Shown in pieces: positions 20,028-29,971 of a stretch of 64,000 bases of DNA (position 1 is its first letter; every line of letters starts with the position of its first letter). The stretch is from positions 94,311-158,310 of IMG/VR virus record IMGVR_UViG_3300042894_006198. One strand, 5' to 3'. Under the pieces are notes generated by a model that was not told where the DNA came from, made no database searches, and saw only the letters and a list, made by a program, of their open reading frames with translations. A program made the translations under genes and the position numbers. This DNA comes from a virus.

Positions 20028-21929
20028 ATGTCAGCATCAATACTGTTGGAATCTGCTAAACCACCTGTTGGTCGTGAATTCCAACACCTTGAAGATTTAA
20101 TCTACATAGAAGGCGCACGTGGTATAAAACGAGTGCTTGAATGTATTGCAGGTATTATTAAACGTCAACCATTAGAAGTAAAATGGGATGGTAGCCCTGC
20201 TATAATTTTTGGTAGAACAGACAACGGTCGTTTTCACTTTGGTGACAAATATAGTCGTGATATTGTAGACAGCCCACAAGCAGTATATGAACAATATATT
20301 GGACGTAAACCTAAGCGCACTTTTGAACGTGAACAATTTGCACGTGATATGGCAGCATTGTATGAAATATATGAAGCAGCAACCCCGCAAGATTTTCGTG
20401 GTTTTATGGAAGCAGGATTGCTATATAAAGGGTCACCATCATTAAACGAAGATTGTTTCCAATGTAACCCAAATACTGTAATTTACAAAATCAACCCTCA
20501 AAGTCAATTAGGACAGCGTATTGCTAATAGTGAAAGTGGATGTGCTGCAACAGCATACTTTCAGCACTTACCTGCTACAGGTGGTAGACGATATCCTGTA
20601 GGTGATTATGCTAATAGTTTTAAAGGTAATCAAGTTGTTGTTATACCACCATTACACACAAGTGATTCACCAAAATTAGAACGTTCATTGCTAGAAAAAT
20701 ATTGGAACTTTGCCAAACAAAAGCGTTATAGTATTAATGAATTTGTGTCTCCAATGGTTATAAAAAAGATACTATACGAATATGTTAATAGCCAAATAAA
20801 TGAAAATGATTTAAGCGCATTGAATAATTTAGGAGATAATTTCACTACCTATGCACGTGATAGTTTATCTGCTAAGGAGCAAAACATATTAGCTGAACAT
20901 TTACAAAATAATTTAGATGGAGCTAATGATACTTTTAGGATGATACGTGCTACTATGAAAATTAAGGATTTAATTGTTGACCAACTTGAAGAAAGCACAT
21001 TACGCAAGTTAGGCATTGAGGCAGAATTACCTGATGGACAACGTGGTGGTGAAGGATTTGTTTATGATATCAACGAAGGTGTCAACCCAATAAAACTAGT
21101 CAAGCGTGGCGCATTTACTAGAGCAAATAAATTTAAGAATGAATCAAAATATTTAAAAGAATCAATTAGTCGTAACGGTAAGAGTGATCGTGCAGTAATT
21201 ACTTTTGGTCGTTGTATGGGTCATCGTGGACATATGTATCTTGCTAATAGTGTGTTTAGCACTGCAAAAGAACAAGGTGCAGACCCTTATGTTATATTAA
21301 GTAGAACGATGGGTGAAGATGATCCACTTACGCCAAATGAAAAATTATCCATCTACCATAAAGTATTTCCAAACCAAAAACAATGTTTTGTTGCTGCTGA
21401 TGATAGTATGCCCACATTAATGAGTGCGTTAAAAAAATTAAATGAATTAGGGTATAAGCATGTTACTGCTATATTTGGTAATGATCGTGCTGATAGTATG
21501 GGGCATGTTAAAGAATACAATGGTAAGAGTTATCAATTTGAAACATTGAATGTTATTAGTAGACAACAAACAAATGATCCATACAAGAATATAAACGGAC
21601 CACGTGGCACTGATATGCGTAAAGTATTAAGTGATCCTAATTTGTCTGAGCAACAAAAATTTGGATATTGGCGCAAGTGTATGAGTCCACAATTGAGCGA
21701 TGATGATGTACAATATATCATGAGCATTGTACAAAAACGTATGGGTAATCAATTGGATGAAGCTGATAACCCAAATTATTTTGGTGCTAATAGTGCATCA
21801 CCGATTCCTGGTACGCCTGAAGATTTACAAGATGTTCGTACACCTGCCCAAAAGCGTAAAGATGCTATCAGAGCGGTTAAAAAAGCACGTGAATTACGCA
21901 AATTTATGGGTCATAATGAAGTACGTTAA
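20028..21929 (+). CDS. Ligase-fold (KxDG) domain fused to an HIGH-family nucleotidyltransferase domain
   Basis: EVKWDG, EGFV and IKLV motifs, then ITFGRCMGHRGH and IFGNDR. Confidence 0.55.
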   Translation: MSASILLESAKPPVGREFQHLEDLIYIEGARGIKRVLECIAGIIKRQPLEVKWDGSPAIIFGRTDNGRFHFGDKYSRDIVDSPQAVYEQYIGRKPKRTFEREQFARDMAALYEIYEAATPQDFRGFMEAGLLYKGSPSLNEDCFQCNPNTVIYKINPQSQLGQRIANSESGCAATAYFQHLPATGGRRYPVGDYANSFKGNQVVVIPPLHTSDSPKLERSLLEKYWNFAKQKRYSINEFVSPMVIKKILYEYVNSQINENDLSALNNLGDNFTTYARDSLSAKEQNILAEHLQNNLDGANDTFRMIRATMKIKDLIVDQLEESTLRKLGIEAELPDGQRGGEGFVYDINEGVNPIKLVKRGAFTRANKFKNESKYLKESISRNGKSDRAVITFGRCMGHRGHMYLANSVFSTAKEQGADPYVILSRTMGEDDPLTPNEKLSIYHKVFPNQKQCFVAADDSMPTLMSALKKLNELGYKHVTAIFGNDRADSMGHVKEYNGKSYQFETLNVISRQQTNDPYKNINGPRGTDMRKVLSDPNLSEQQKFGYWRKCMSPQLSDDDVQYIMSIVQKRMGNQLDEADNPNYFGANSASPIPGTPEDLQDVRTPAQKRKDAIRAVKKARELRKFMGHNEVR

Positions 21930-22074
21930 GAATATATATTTTTTGCGTTACTGTTTATCCTAAATACTTTTGACACAGAAAGAAATCAAGTAACATTCAA
22001 TCTGTAGTCGAAGTTCTCGAAACTACACTTAGGTCTCATTTTAGCTACATTTTAACTTATTAAGGAGAAAATAA

Positions 22075-23070
22075 ATGTCATTAGCTGCTATTCGTGCTAA
22101 ATTGGCTGCACAAGAAGCCAAAACCAATGCCCAAGGTTCAACTACATTTTCGGGCGATAACGCAATCTACCCACATTGGAATATGGAAGAAGGTACAACG
22201 ACAACGGTTCGTTTCTTGCCTGATTCAGATGGTTTGAATGATTATTTTTGGGTTGAGCGTAATATGATTAACCTTGAGTTTCAAGGTATTAAGGGGCAAG
22301 CATCAAACCCTGTAACGGTAAAAGTACCGTGTGTTGAGATGTATGGTGAGAATTGTCCTGTTCTTGCTGAAGTACGTACATGGTATAAAGATGAATCCAT
22401 GAAACCCATTGCTAATAAGTATTGGAAAAAGCGTACTTATATTTTCCAAGGATTTGTCCGTAACAGTCAAATGACAGAGGAAAATGTACCTGAGAATCCC
22501 ATTCGTAGGTTTATTATTTCCCCACAAATTTTTGGTGTTATTAAAAATAGTTTGATGGATCCTGATATTGAAGAAATCCCTACACACTATATGCGTGGTT
22601 TAGATTTTAGAATTATTAAAACAAGCAAAGGTGGTTATGCTGACTACAGTACTAGTGGATGGTCACGTAAAGAAAGTGCATTAACTTCAGATGAGCAAGC
22701 TGCAATTGAAAGATTTGGTTTGTTTAATTTGAAAGATTTCTTACCTAAAAAACCTAGCGAAAGTGAATTACGTGTTATCAAAGAAATGTTTGAAGCTAGC
22801 GTAAATGGTGAAGAATATGATACAGACAAGTGGGGCGCATATTACCGTCCAAGTGGTGTACAAGCACCTACATCAGCACCTGTATCACATGATGATGAAG
22901 AATCTTCGTATGTAGTTCAATCTCCTGTAGCTACAAAACCTGTAATCACACAGGTTAGCGAAGAACCTGCTGAAGCAACTGACGTTAAGGTTACTAAGCC
23001 AACTGAATCAAAGCAAAACGTTACTGATGTTCTTGCCATGATTCGTAGCAAGCGTAACGCACAAGCGTAA
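22075..23070 (+). CDS. gp32: Single-stranded DNA-binding protein, T4 gp32-like
   Basis: VRFLPD, C-x7-CP, RRFII and GGYADYSTS motifs. It lies upstream of uvsX/uvsY. Confidence 0.85.
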   Translation: MSLAAIRAKLAAQEAKTNAQGSTTFSGDNAIYPHWNMEEGTTTTVRFLPDSDGLNDYFWVERNMINLEFQGIKGQASNPVTVKVPCVEMYGENCPVLAEVRTWYKDESMKPIANKYWKKRTYIFQGFVRNSQMTEENVPENPIRRFIISPQIFGVIKNSLMDPDIEEIPTHYMRGLDFRIIKTSKGGYADYSTSGWSRKESALTSDEQAAIERFGLFNLKDFLPKKPSESELRVIKEMFEASVNGEEYDTDKWGAYYRPSGVQAPTSAPVSHDDEESSYVVQSPVATKPVITQVSEEPAEATDVKVTKPTESKQNVTDVLAMIRSKRNAQA

Positions 23071-23087
23071 ATAGCATTGTTCAATCA

Positions 23088-23109
23088 GGGTAGCATTACG
23101 ATGCTACCC
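23088..23109 (+). terminator. Stem-loop after ssb (terminator or processing site)
   Basis: GGGTAGCAT-TACG-ATGCTACCC perfect 9-bp stem with a weak U-tract. Confidence 0.55.
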
Positions 23110-23128
23110 AATTCTAAGGAGATTAAAA

Positions 23129-23362
23129 ATGACTTTACCTGATGAAAGGTACCGAGCGTTAAAACAAGGTAAAAAGTTATTGGAAGAACTATGCGACCCA
23201 GGCCGAACCCCACGTGTTCCAAGTATGGTACGTGATCGTGCTAGAGCAGCACTAAAACATTTCCCCAATGATTTTGATATTGATTGTTTAGCAGACTCTG
23301 CACCAACAATTCTTGATAAACAACTATTTAAAGTATATACAAATAATTCTATTGCAAAGTAA
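23129..23362 (+). CDS. Hypothetical phage protein
   Basis: SD AAGGAG upstream. Confidence 0.65.
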   Translation: MTLPDERYRALKQGKKLLEELCDPGRTPRVPSMVRDRARAALKHFPNDFDIDCLADSAPTILDKQLFKVYTNNSIAK

Positions 23363-23366
23363 AATA

Positions 23367-23855
23367 ATGCCAAGATTTTTAGAAAGACAAAAAGCATTAC
23401 AAGCAGGGTTACCTACCTACTTTACAGGTAGACCATGTAAAAGAAATCATATTTCAGAACGTTTTACGTCTTCATGGATTTGTGTAGAATGTTCAAGAAT
23501 GGATCTTTATAAGTCTGACCGAGATCGTTATAGAGAAATGAAAAATACTTTAGAATTCCAATTTAGACAAAGAAGAAACGCTGCGCTTAAGAAAGGTATA
23601 CCATTTACTATAAATTATGAAGAATTAAATCAACCTGAATTTTGTCCAATATTAGGCATAAAACTAAACTATGGATGGGGTGGTTTAAATGGGCATCTTA
23701 GAGACCCTGCTAAAGCAACAATAGATAAAAAAATACCAAAGTTAGGCTATATAAAAGGAAATGTATATATAATATCTTGGAGAGCAAATAAGCTTAAATC
23801 TGATATGACATTAGATGAATTAGAAAAAATTTTAAACTATTTAAAAAAGGTATAA
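23367..23855 (+). CDS. Putative HNH/His-Me-finger free-standing endonuclease
   Basis: N-terminal YFTGRPCKRNH...CVEC Zn module, then CPILG...TIDKKIPKLGYIKGNV...ANKLK. Confidence 0.6.
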   Translation: MPRFLERQKALQAGLPTYFTGRPCKRNHISERFTSSWICVECSRMDLYKSDRDRYREMKNTLEFQFRQRRNAALKKGIPFTINYEELNQPEFCPILGIKLNYGWGGLNGHLRDPAKATIDKKIPKLGYIKGNVYIISWRANKLKSDMTLDELEKILNYLKKV

Positions 23856-23858
23856 TCA

Positions 23859-24923
23859 ATGCAGAAACCGTTTGACATTGCACGTTTTCGTAAAGACGTA
23901 ACAAAAAGTATTGAAGGAATTAGTATAGGATTTCATGATCCTACTGATTGGATTTCTACAGGCAACTATGCTTTAAATTATCTAATCAGTGGTGATTTTA
24001 ATAAAGGTGTACCACTTGGAAAAGTCACTGTTTTTGCAGGTGAAAGTGGTAGTGGCAAATCATATATTTGCAGTGGAAATATCGTAAAAAATGCACAAGA
24101 ACAAGGTATCTATGTTGTTCTTATTGATAGTGAAAACGCACTTGATGAAAGTTGGCTACATGCACTAGGGGTTGATACAAGTGATGATAAATTACTTAAA
24201 ATGAATATGGCAATGATTGATGATGTTGCCAAAACTATCTCAACCTTTATGAAAGATTATAAAGAAACACCTGTTGCTGAAAGACCTAAAGTATTATTTG
24301 TTATTGACAGTTTAGGTATGTTAATGAGTCCAACTGAAGTAAACCAATTTGATAGTGGTGATTTAAAAGGTGACATGGGACGTAAAGCCAAAGCACTTAA
24401 AGCACTTGTCACTAATTGTGTAAACATGTTTGGTTCATTTAATGTAGGCTTAGTTGCTACTAATCATACATATGCTTCGCAAGATCCATACAACCCTGAC
24501 CCTAACGTAAGTGGTGGACAAGGATTTGTTTTCGCAAGCAGTATATTAGTTGCCATGAAAAAATTAAAACTCAAAGAAGATGAGGAAGGTAATAAAACTT
24601 CAGATGTGCTAGGCATACGTGCAGGATGTAAAGTAATGAAAACACGTTTTGCTAAACCATTTGAAGATGTTGAAGTACATATTCCGTATGAAACAGGTAT
24701 GAATCCTTATAGTGGATTTTTTGACCTAATTGAGAAAAAAGGATTTGTTACTAGAGAAGGTAACCGTTATATGTATACAGATCAAAACGGTGAAGTACAT
24801 CGTTACTTTCGTAAAGAATGGGCTAAAAACGAAAACGGTATTATGGATTTAGTAATGAAGGAATTCTCGCAACGTGAAAAACAAGTAAATACAGAATTAG
24901 CGGAGGCTGAACAAAATGCTTGA
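23859..24923 (+). CDS. uvsX: RecA-like recombinase UvsX
   Basis: GESGSGKS Walker A, IDSENA, VIDSLG, DMGRKAK and TNHTY. Confidence 0.92.
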   Translation: MQKPFDIARFRKDVTKSIEGISIGFHDPTDWISTGNYALNYLISGDFNKGVPLGKVTVFAGESGSGKSYICSGNIVKNAQEQGIYVVLIDSENALDESWLHALGVDTSDDKLLKMNMAMIDDVAKTISTFMKDYKETPVAERPKVLFVIDSLGMLMSPTEVNQFDSGDLKGDMGRKAKALKALVTNCVNMFGSFNVGLVATNHTYASQDPYNPDPNVSGGQGFVFASSILVAMKKLKLKEDEEGNKTSDVLGIRAGCKVMKTRFAKPFEDVEVHIPYETGMNPYSGFFDLIEKKGFVTREGNRYMYTDQNGEVHRYFRKEWAKNENGIMDLVMKEFSQREKQVNTELAEAEQNA

Positions 24924-25179
24924 TACAGTTGCAGCAGTATATGAAGTGCTCAAACGTTATATCAATACTACTGATATGCGTGATGCAGCAGAAGATGTAT
25001 TGAATGTTCTTGTTGATCATGACTTAAGTTACGATGAAATACGTGACGCTTTTATAGGTGAAAAAGAAATGGTAAGCGCACTAAAAGCTTACCAAGCAGA
25101 CGAAGATGATTTTGATGATGATGAGGACTTCGCAGAAGACGAAGATGATTGGTATAACGAAGATGACGATTATCAGTAA
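24916..25179 (+). CDS. Acidic hypothetical protein
   Basis: SD GGAGG upstream and an Asp/Glu-rich tail. It sits between uvsX and uvsY. Confidence 0.6.
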   Translation: MLDTVAAVYEVLKRYINTTDMRDAAEDVLNVLVDHDLSYDEIRDAFIGEKEMVSALKAYQADEDDFDDDEDFAEDEDDWYNEDDDYQ

Positions 25180-25181
25180 TC

Positions 25182-25643
25182 ATGGGTTGGTTTACAGAAA
25201 TAACACAGGATATCTCAGTACTACCTGAGTTTATCGAGCATTATCATCATGAACTTAACCAAGCTAAACATGAAGTAAAGATAATTAAAGGCGAACGTGT
25301 TGAACGATTGTTGGCGATGCTGCCTGGGGTGACGGAGCATCGTTTTAACCAACTACAAGAAATTGAAGCTATCCTTGATTATATGAATGGGCAACTTCGT
25401 AAAACACGTAGCTTAGCTTTTAAAAAATATTTAGAGAATTATCCACGTCAGCTAACATCACGTGATGCTGAACGTTATGCTGATGCTGAGCAAGATGTTA
25501 TTGACATGGAAACCCTAGTCAATGAAGTTGCATTGATGCGTAATCAATGGTTAGGTATTATGAAAGCACTTGAGTCTAAAAACTTTATGTTGGGGCATAT
25601 CGTACGTTTGCGTGTTGCAGGAATGGAAGATATTACAATTTAA
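25182..25643 (+). CDS. uvsY: Recombination mediator UvsY-like
   Basis: About 150-aa helical protein with KKYLENYPRQLTSRDAERYADAE, downstream of uvsX. Confidence 0.7.
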   Translation: MGWFTEITQDISVLPEFIEHYHHELNQAKHEVKIIKGERVERLLAMLPGVTEHRFNQLQEIEAILDYMNGQLRKTRSLAFKKYLENYPRQLTSRDAERYADAEQDVIDMETLVNEVALMRNQWLGIMKALESKNFMLGHIVRLRVAGMEDITI

Positions 25644-25656
25644 TATAAAAAAACAC

Positions 25657-25685
25657 TTGACAGGTTATCTAAATTCACTTATACT
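25657..25685 (+). promoter_or_regulatory. sigma70-type early promoter
   Basis: TTGACA-17-TATACT. Confidence 0.8.
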
Positions 25686-25719
25686 TCCCATATAGTTAGT
25701 CAACACCAAGGGGAATACG

Positions 25720-26013
25720 ATGAAAATTGCAGTTTACACTCAATACTTCGAAAACTACGGTACTGTTGAAGCTCCTCGTTGGAAGTCCAAAGGTGGTTCA
25801 ACCTATCTTATAAACAACCTTAGTGTTAAAGATGTTTTCTTCTTAAAAGACAACCTCGATGTAATTAGTGACAAATTTAACTTTAGCAATGAGTTTGCTG
25901 AGGAAATCGTTGCTAACTTTACTATTCACGATGATGACGATATGTCATTCTGTAAAGAGTGGGAATTACCCTATATGAAACAGTTTTCACGTAGCGACTT
26001 TGCCACTGCTTGA
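25720..26013 (+). CDS. Early hypothetical protein
   Basis: Has its own promoter and SD. Contains TQYFENYG...WKSKGGS. Confidence 0.65.
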   Translation: MKIAVYTQYFENYGTVEAPRWKSKGGSTYLINNLSVKDVFFLKDNLDVISDKFNFSNEFAEEIVANFTIHDDDDMSFCKEWELPYMKQFSRSDFATA

Positions 26014-26038
26014 CAGTGGTAGAGTTTTTACCTATAAT
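26010..26038 (+). promoter_or_regulatory. sigma70-type early promoter
   Basis: TTGACA-17-TATAAT. Confidence 0.85.
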
Positions 26039-26072
26039 CACTATATAGTAAATACTTCAAAAGGAAACAAAA

Positions 26073-26789
26073 ATGATGTATGCGAATCGTGAAGCTGAAG
26101 AAAACATGATTTTTGTGCGTTCCCGTATTAAGTATTCACACGGTGTATACACGTCACCCAAACAACGTTGGTTTTGGATGGACAAACCAAAAGATCTTAT
26201 TGAAAAAGAAGATCGTACTACTCCTTATGGACTAGAAGTTAAAGCAGGTGAACGTATCTTATCGATTGATTCTGTTGCTGTATGGGCAGGATATGGTGTA
26301 CGTAGTAAAGTACCTGTTGTCCATGTCGCAATCCTTGATCGTGTTGGTGTACGTGCTTTCTATAAACTAGGTGGTAAGGGTAACCTACGTGATGGTTGGG
26401 CACCTGACCCCAAGAAAACTAAATTAGTGTGGGAGCGTCCTGCAGATGTTGTGGGATTACCTGAAGAAGAACCCAAAGAAGTTAAAAAATCTGTAAAAAT
26501 GGGTGAAGTTGGTGATACCATCATCGTAGAGGGTACCGTAGTCAAGCATGAAGTGTTGCCAACTGTTTATGGTACTGTTGACAAGTTTATTATTAAAGAT
26601 GCTAATGACAACCTATACATGTACAAGGGTACAAAGTTTCTAACTGAAAAAGGTGGTTTCGTTAAACTTGAGACTAAAGTAAAAGATCACTTTGAGATGG
26701 GTGACGCATCTAATAATTGGATCACCATTCTTGGTGGTAAGGGTAAAAATTCGATGAATGTGTTAATTCAAGAAAGTTTTCAAACATGA
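26073..26789 (+). CDS. Early protein with a C-terminal OB-fold-like segment
   Basis: GEVGDTIIVEGTVVK...YGT...IIKDANDN pattern, with its own promoter and SD. Confidence 0.5.
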   Translation: MMYANREAEENMIFVRSRIKYSHGVYTSPKQRWFWMDKPKDLIEKEDRTTPYGLEVKAGERILSIDSVAVWAGYGVRSKVPVVHVAILDRVGVRAFYKLGGKGNLRDGWAPDPKKTKLVWERPADVVGLPEEEPKEVKKSVKMGEVGDTIIVEGTVVKHEVLPTVYGTVDKFIIKDANDNLYMYKGTKFLTEKGGFVKLETKVKDHFEMGDASNNWITILGGKGKNSMNVLIQESFQT

Positions 26790-27123
26790 GATTATTAATT
26801 AAAGATTATAAGTTGACACCTTTAGGTTGGTTTATTGCATTGTTGTTTGGATTGTTTTATGTACCACTATGGATATTATTTCATCCTAAAGAATTTTGGC
26901 AAGAATCTTTAAAACCATGGTTTAAAGAATGAATAATCACTTACGTACTATTGCAACTAAAGCTAGTCGTGATATTGATTTAGCATATATGGGTGATGCT
27001 TATGCCATCTCACTTACTAAAGCCATTATTAAAGATTTAACTGATGAATTAGGCAAGGTTAAATGGATGGGCGATGATGAAGGATGGGACAAAGCTATAC
27101 AAGCTGTACAAAAAGAAATTAAA

Positions 27124-27444
27124 TCACGTTATGGGTTGTGATCGATTGTTGATAACTTCATCATAAGTTTTTACAATATCTAATTCTTGTGGGTCATGAT
27201 TTTTATCATAAGGCACAGGTAATTCTTGCCATTCGTTTTCGCTTACATCACATGTAATTAAAATTTTATATTTGTGTCCATCACTTGTATAAAGTTCGAT
27301 ATTTTCCAAACCTATAACACTATGGCTTGCTTTAATCAGTGCTTCACCTAGTGATTTTAGTGCCAATTTTTCACCAATAATATATGCACGTCCGTTAGGT
27401 TCAGAATGATTGTGCATATGTAACCTACCTTTTATATTATTCAC
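27124..27444 (-). CDS. Hypothetical protein coupled to the dnaE-like gene
   Basis: Overlaps the dnaE stop codon on the - strand. Confidence 0.6.
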   Translation of the reverse strand: MNNIKGRLHMHNHSEPNGRAYIIGEKLALKSLGEALIKASHSVIGLENIELYTSDGHKYKILITCDVSENEWQELPVPYDKNHDPQELDIVKTYDEVINNRSQPIT

Positions 27445-29110
27445 GATATAAATCCTTTATTTTAAAACGCTTATGTTTTTTGACGGTAACATACTCCGTA
27501 TTATTTTTATAACCTAATTGACCAACGCCCCATAATATAGGTTGATCATGAAAACTAATGGCTTTGTCAACAATTACGTCAAGGTATCGATTGTTACCTG
27601 TTCCTAATGTAACAAATGTTATATATTCTTTTGGTTTACTTTTGAAAACACGATAGTTAGCTACTAGACCACAGAATTCGATTTCACCTGGTTTGCGGAT
27701 TTCATTGCAAAAAGGTAAGAATTTTTTACTGTGCCATTTGCCCTCTTTAGATAATTCTGATAGTTCATTGCCTTCGTAAATACTAACCACTGCGTCAGCC
27801 AATTTAGCCTCGTGATGATATACCCATCGACTATAACTACCTTGACAATGTTTTAAAGTAGCTTGCCAAAACTTTTGTGGGTTATGTGCTTTTTGATAGG
27901 CAATCGCCCATATTAGTCGCCCTAAATTTATGGCATGAGCACGACACAAACCAAAATTACTAAGTTCACGTAGAGCAAAAAATATTTCTTCTTTGTGCTC
28001 ATGTTCGCCAATCATTTTCATAAATTCAAATATTTTTTCTTCGTCTTTTTTGGCAAATGCTCTGCGCCACATATCAGCATCATATTGGTTACAACCTAAC
28101 AATTCACTAATTAATATGATGGCATCATCCTCAAAAACTATAGTATTATTAAAATTATCCTTGCTCCAATCTTGAAAAAAACTGGCTTTACGTCTACCTT
28201 GTGTAGCAACAGGTCTGATTAAAGCAGTTGCCAATACACAATCTTCACGTTTCTTTGGTTTTATTGCACGTAATAATCGACGCATGGCAGGACTTTCAGC
28301 TTGCGTTACACCAAGTACATTACCACTACTCAATAATTCAGATGTTTTTTCATCATACTCAGGATAGTCTAATAAGTTCATATTAGGATCAATCTCGTGC
28401 AATTGTGATAATCCACGATTAGCAAGAATATCAATTTTAAAATGTTCTAAATCTTCAATCTCATATTTGTCGAGTAAAATTTGATTTTGAGCATTGATCA
28501 AACTTTTAGGTACAGAACGATCAAAGATTAGTATTCCACCACAATGTTTACTAATACATCGTTTTTTACCAAGTAATTTATTTGCCAATCGTTTAGCATC
28601 TTCAGCATATTCAGGAACAACTTTTTCTAAATTTAAATCACGTGGTAGTCTACCTTTTGCGCCAAAGCGTTTAGCTGCTTCACGCACTGCGCTTTTTTCT
28701 TTATAGGTAACATAATTGCTTACTCTAGCTGATTGACCTTTCCATTTGTTAAATATTCGATTCATAACTGTTTCTTGTTGCCAATGTGGAAAGTCTAAAT
28801 CAATGTCAGGCAAATCATCACGCTTAGGGTTCATGAAGCGTGATAGTGGTATTTTTTCTTTAATTGGGTCAACGTCACTAATTCCAAGTAACCAACATAC
28901 TAAACTACTACCTGCGCTACCACGTGTCATGTGTGGTATGTCAACCGTAAGTTTTAATATATCAACCACTCGTAAAAAATGCTTTGCAAAGTTAAGATCA
29001 AGTATGAGATTTAATTCTTCTTCAAGTCTTGATTCGTATTCAGGTAGTTGGGGTAATGATCTTGTAAAGTGACTAACTAACGTTTCTAATTGCTTTAATC
29101 TTTCTTCCAT
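27437..29110 (-). CDS. dnaE: Compact family C DNA polymerase (DnaE-like, no PHP domain)
   Basis: RGSAGSSLV, RFMNPKR, LPDIDLDF, KHCGG, FKIDILA and a C-terminal OB-like segment. Confidence 0.85.
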   Translation of the reverse strand: MEERLKQLETLVSHFTRSLPQLPEYESRLEEELNLILDLNFAKHFLRVVDILKLTVDIPHMTRGSAGSSLVCWLLGISDVDPIKEKIPLSRFMNPKRDDLPDIDLDFPHWQQETVMNRIFNKWKGQSARVSNYVTYKEKSAVREAAKRFGAKGRLPRDLNLEKVVPEYAEDAKRLANKLLGKKRCISKHCGGILIFDRSVPKSLINAQNQILLDKYEIEDLEHFKIDILANRGLSQLHEIDPNMNLLDYPEYDEKTSELLSSGNVLGVTQAESPAMRRLLRAIKPKKREDCVLATALIRPVATQGRRKASFFQDWSKDNFNNTIVFEDDAIILISELLGCNQYDADMWRRAFAKKDEEKIFEFMKMIGEHEHKEEIFFALRELSNFGLCRAHAINLGRLIWAIAYQKAHNPQKFWQATLKHCQGSYSRWVYHHEAKLADAVVSIYEGNELSELSKEGKWHSKKFLPFCNEIRKPGEIEFCGLVANYRVFKSKPKEYITFVTLGTGNNRYLDVIVDKAISFHDQPILWGVGQLGYKNNTEYVTVKKHKRFKIKDLYRE

Positions 29111-29182
29111 AATGTGCCTTAGTGTAGTAATAGTATGTTGTAAGCATGGTTATTTATGGATGCCGATGCCGAAGAATAAAAT

Positions 29183-29211
29183 TTGACAAGGTTGTAAGGG
29201 TATGGTACAAT
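29183..29211 (+). promoter_or_regulatory. sigma70-type early promoter
   Basis: TTGACA-17-TACAAT, divergent from dnaE. Confidence 0.75.
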
Positions 29212-29507
29212 GCAGTATTGTACAAGGAGAACAAACATGATTTATTTGTTTATCAGTGCATTGACTTTGATGATAGCAGTAAAAGACTTTAATGATATGG
29301 ACAATAAGCTAGGATGGTTTGGTATTGTAATATCTGCTTGTAACTTTTCAGCTTTTTTATTTGAATATTTCTAAATATACCTATGAGTAATTTTATTTGG
29401 TTTATACTAGGTGCTCTATTATGTTTCTTACTTGGAGCTATCATAGGATTTTGGGTAGAGGAATTAACTTATTCGCCACTTACACGTGGTTTTTATGAAT
29501 GTAAAGG

Positions 29508-29744
29508 ATGTTGGTAATGAAATTGTTTGATACGTATGAAAATATTGATAGTATGAAACCTTGTATGAAGCGACCTATTGTTGTACATGCGGTACAAGTT
29601 CATGAAGAATTTAGAGTAAATAGTTTAGAAGGTGACTATGCACAAGGTAAAGCAGGTGATTACTTAATGCGTGGTATAAACGGTGAACTGTATATTTGTG
29701 ACCGTGAAATTTTTGAGAAAACATACGATTTTGTAAATGTCTGA
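29508..29744 (+). CDS. Small phage protein (GDY-type motif)
   Basis: SLEG...AGDYLMRGINGELYICDREIFEKTY. Confidence 0.6.
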   Translation: MLVMKLFDTYENIDSMKPCMKRPIVVHAVQVHEEFRVNSLEGDYAQGKAGDYLMRGINGELYICDREIFEKTYDFVNV

Positions 29745-29971
29745 TAAATTAGTTGAATTAATTAAACGTGCAGGATTTAGTAAAACTTACGAACAAGTTC
29801 GACTTGAACGTTTGATATGGCTAACTGCACTAGAAATTAGTCCACTATTAACTGAAGAAGATTGGACAAAAGTAAAAGAATTGTTGCAGTTACCTGATGA
29901 TGTACAGCAACGTAAAAACTTTAATTACTTAACAAAATTTAAACAAGAAGATCCTGAAGGATATATGAAAT

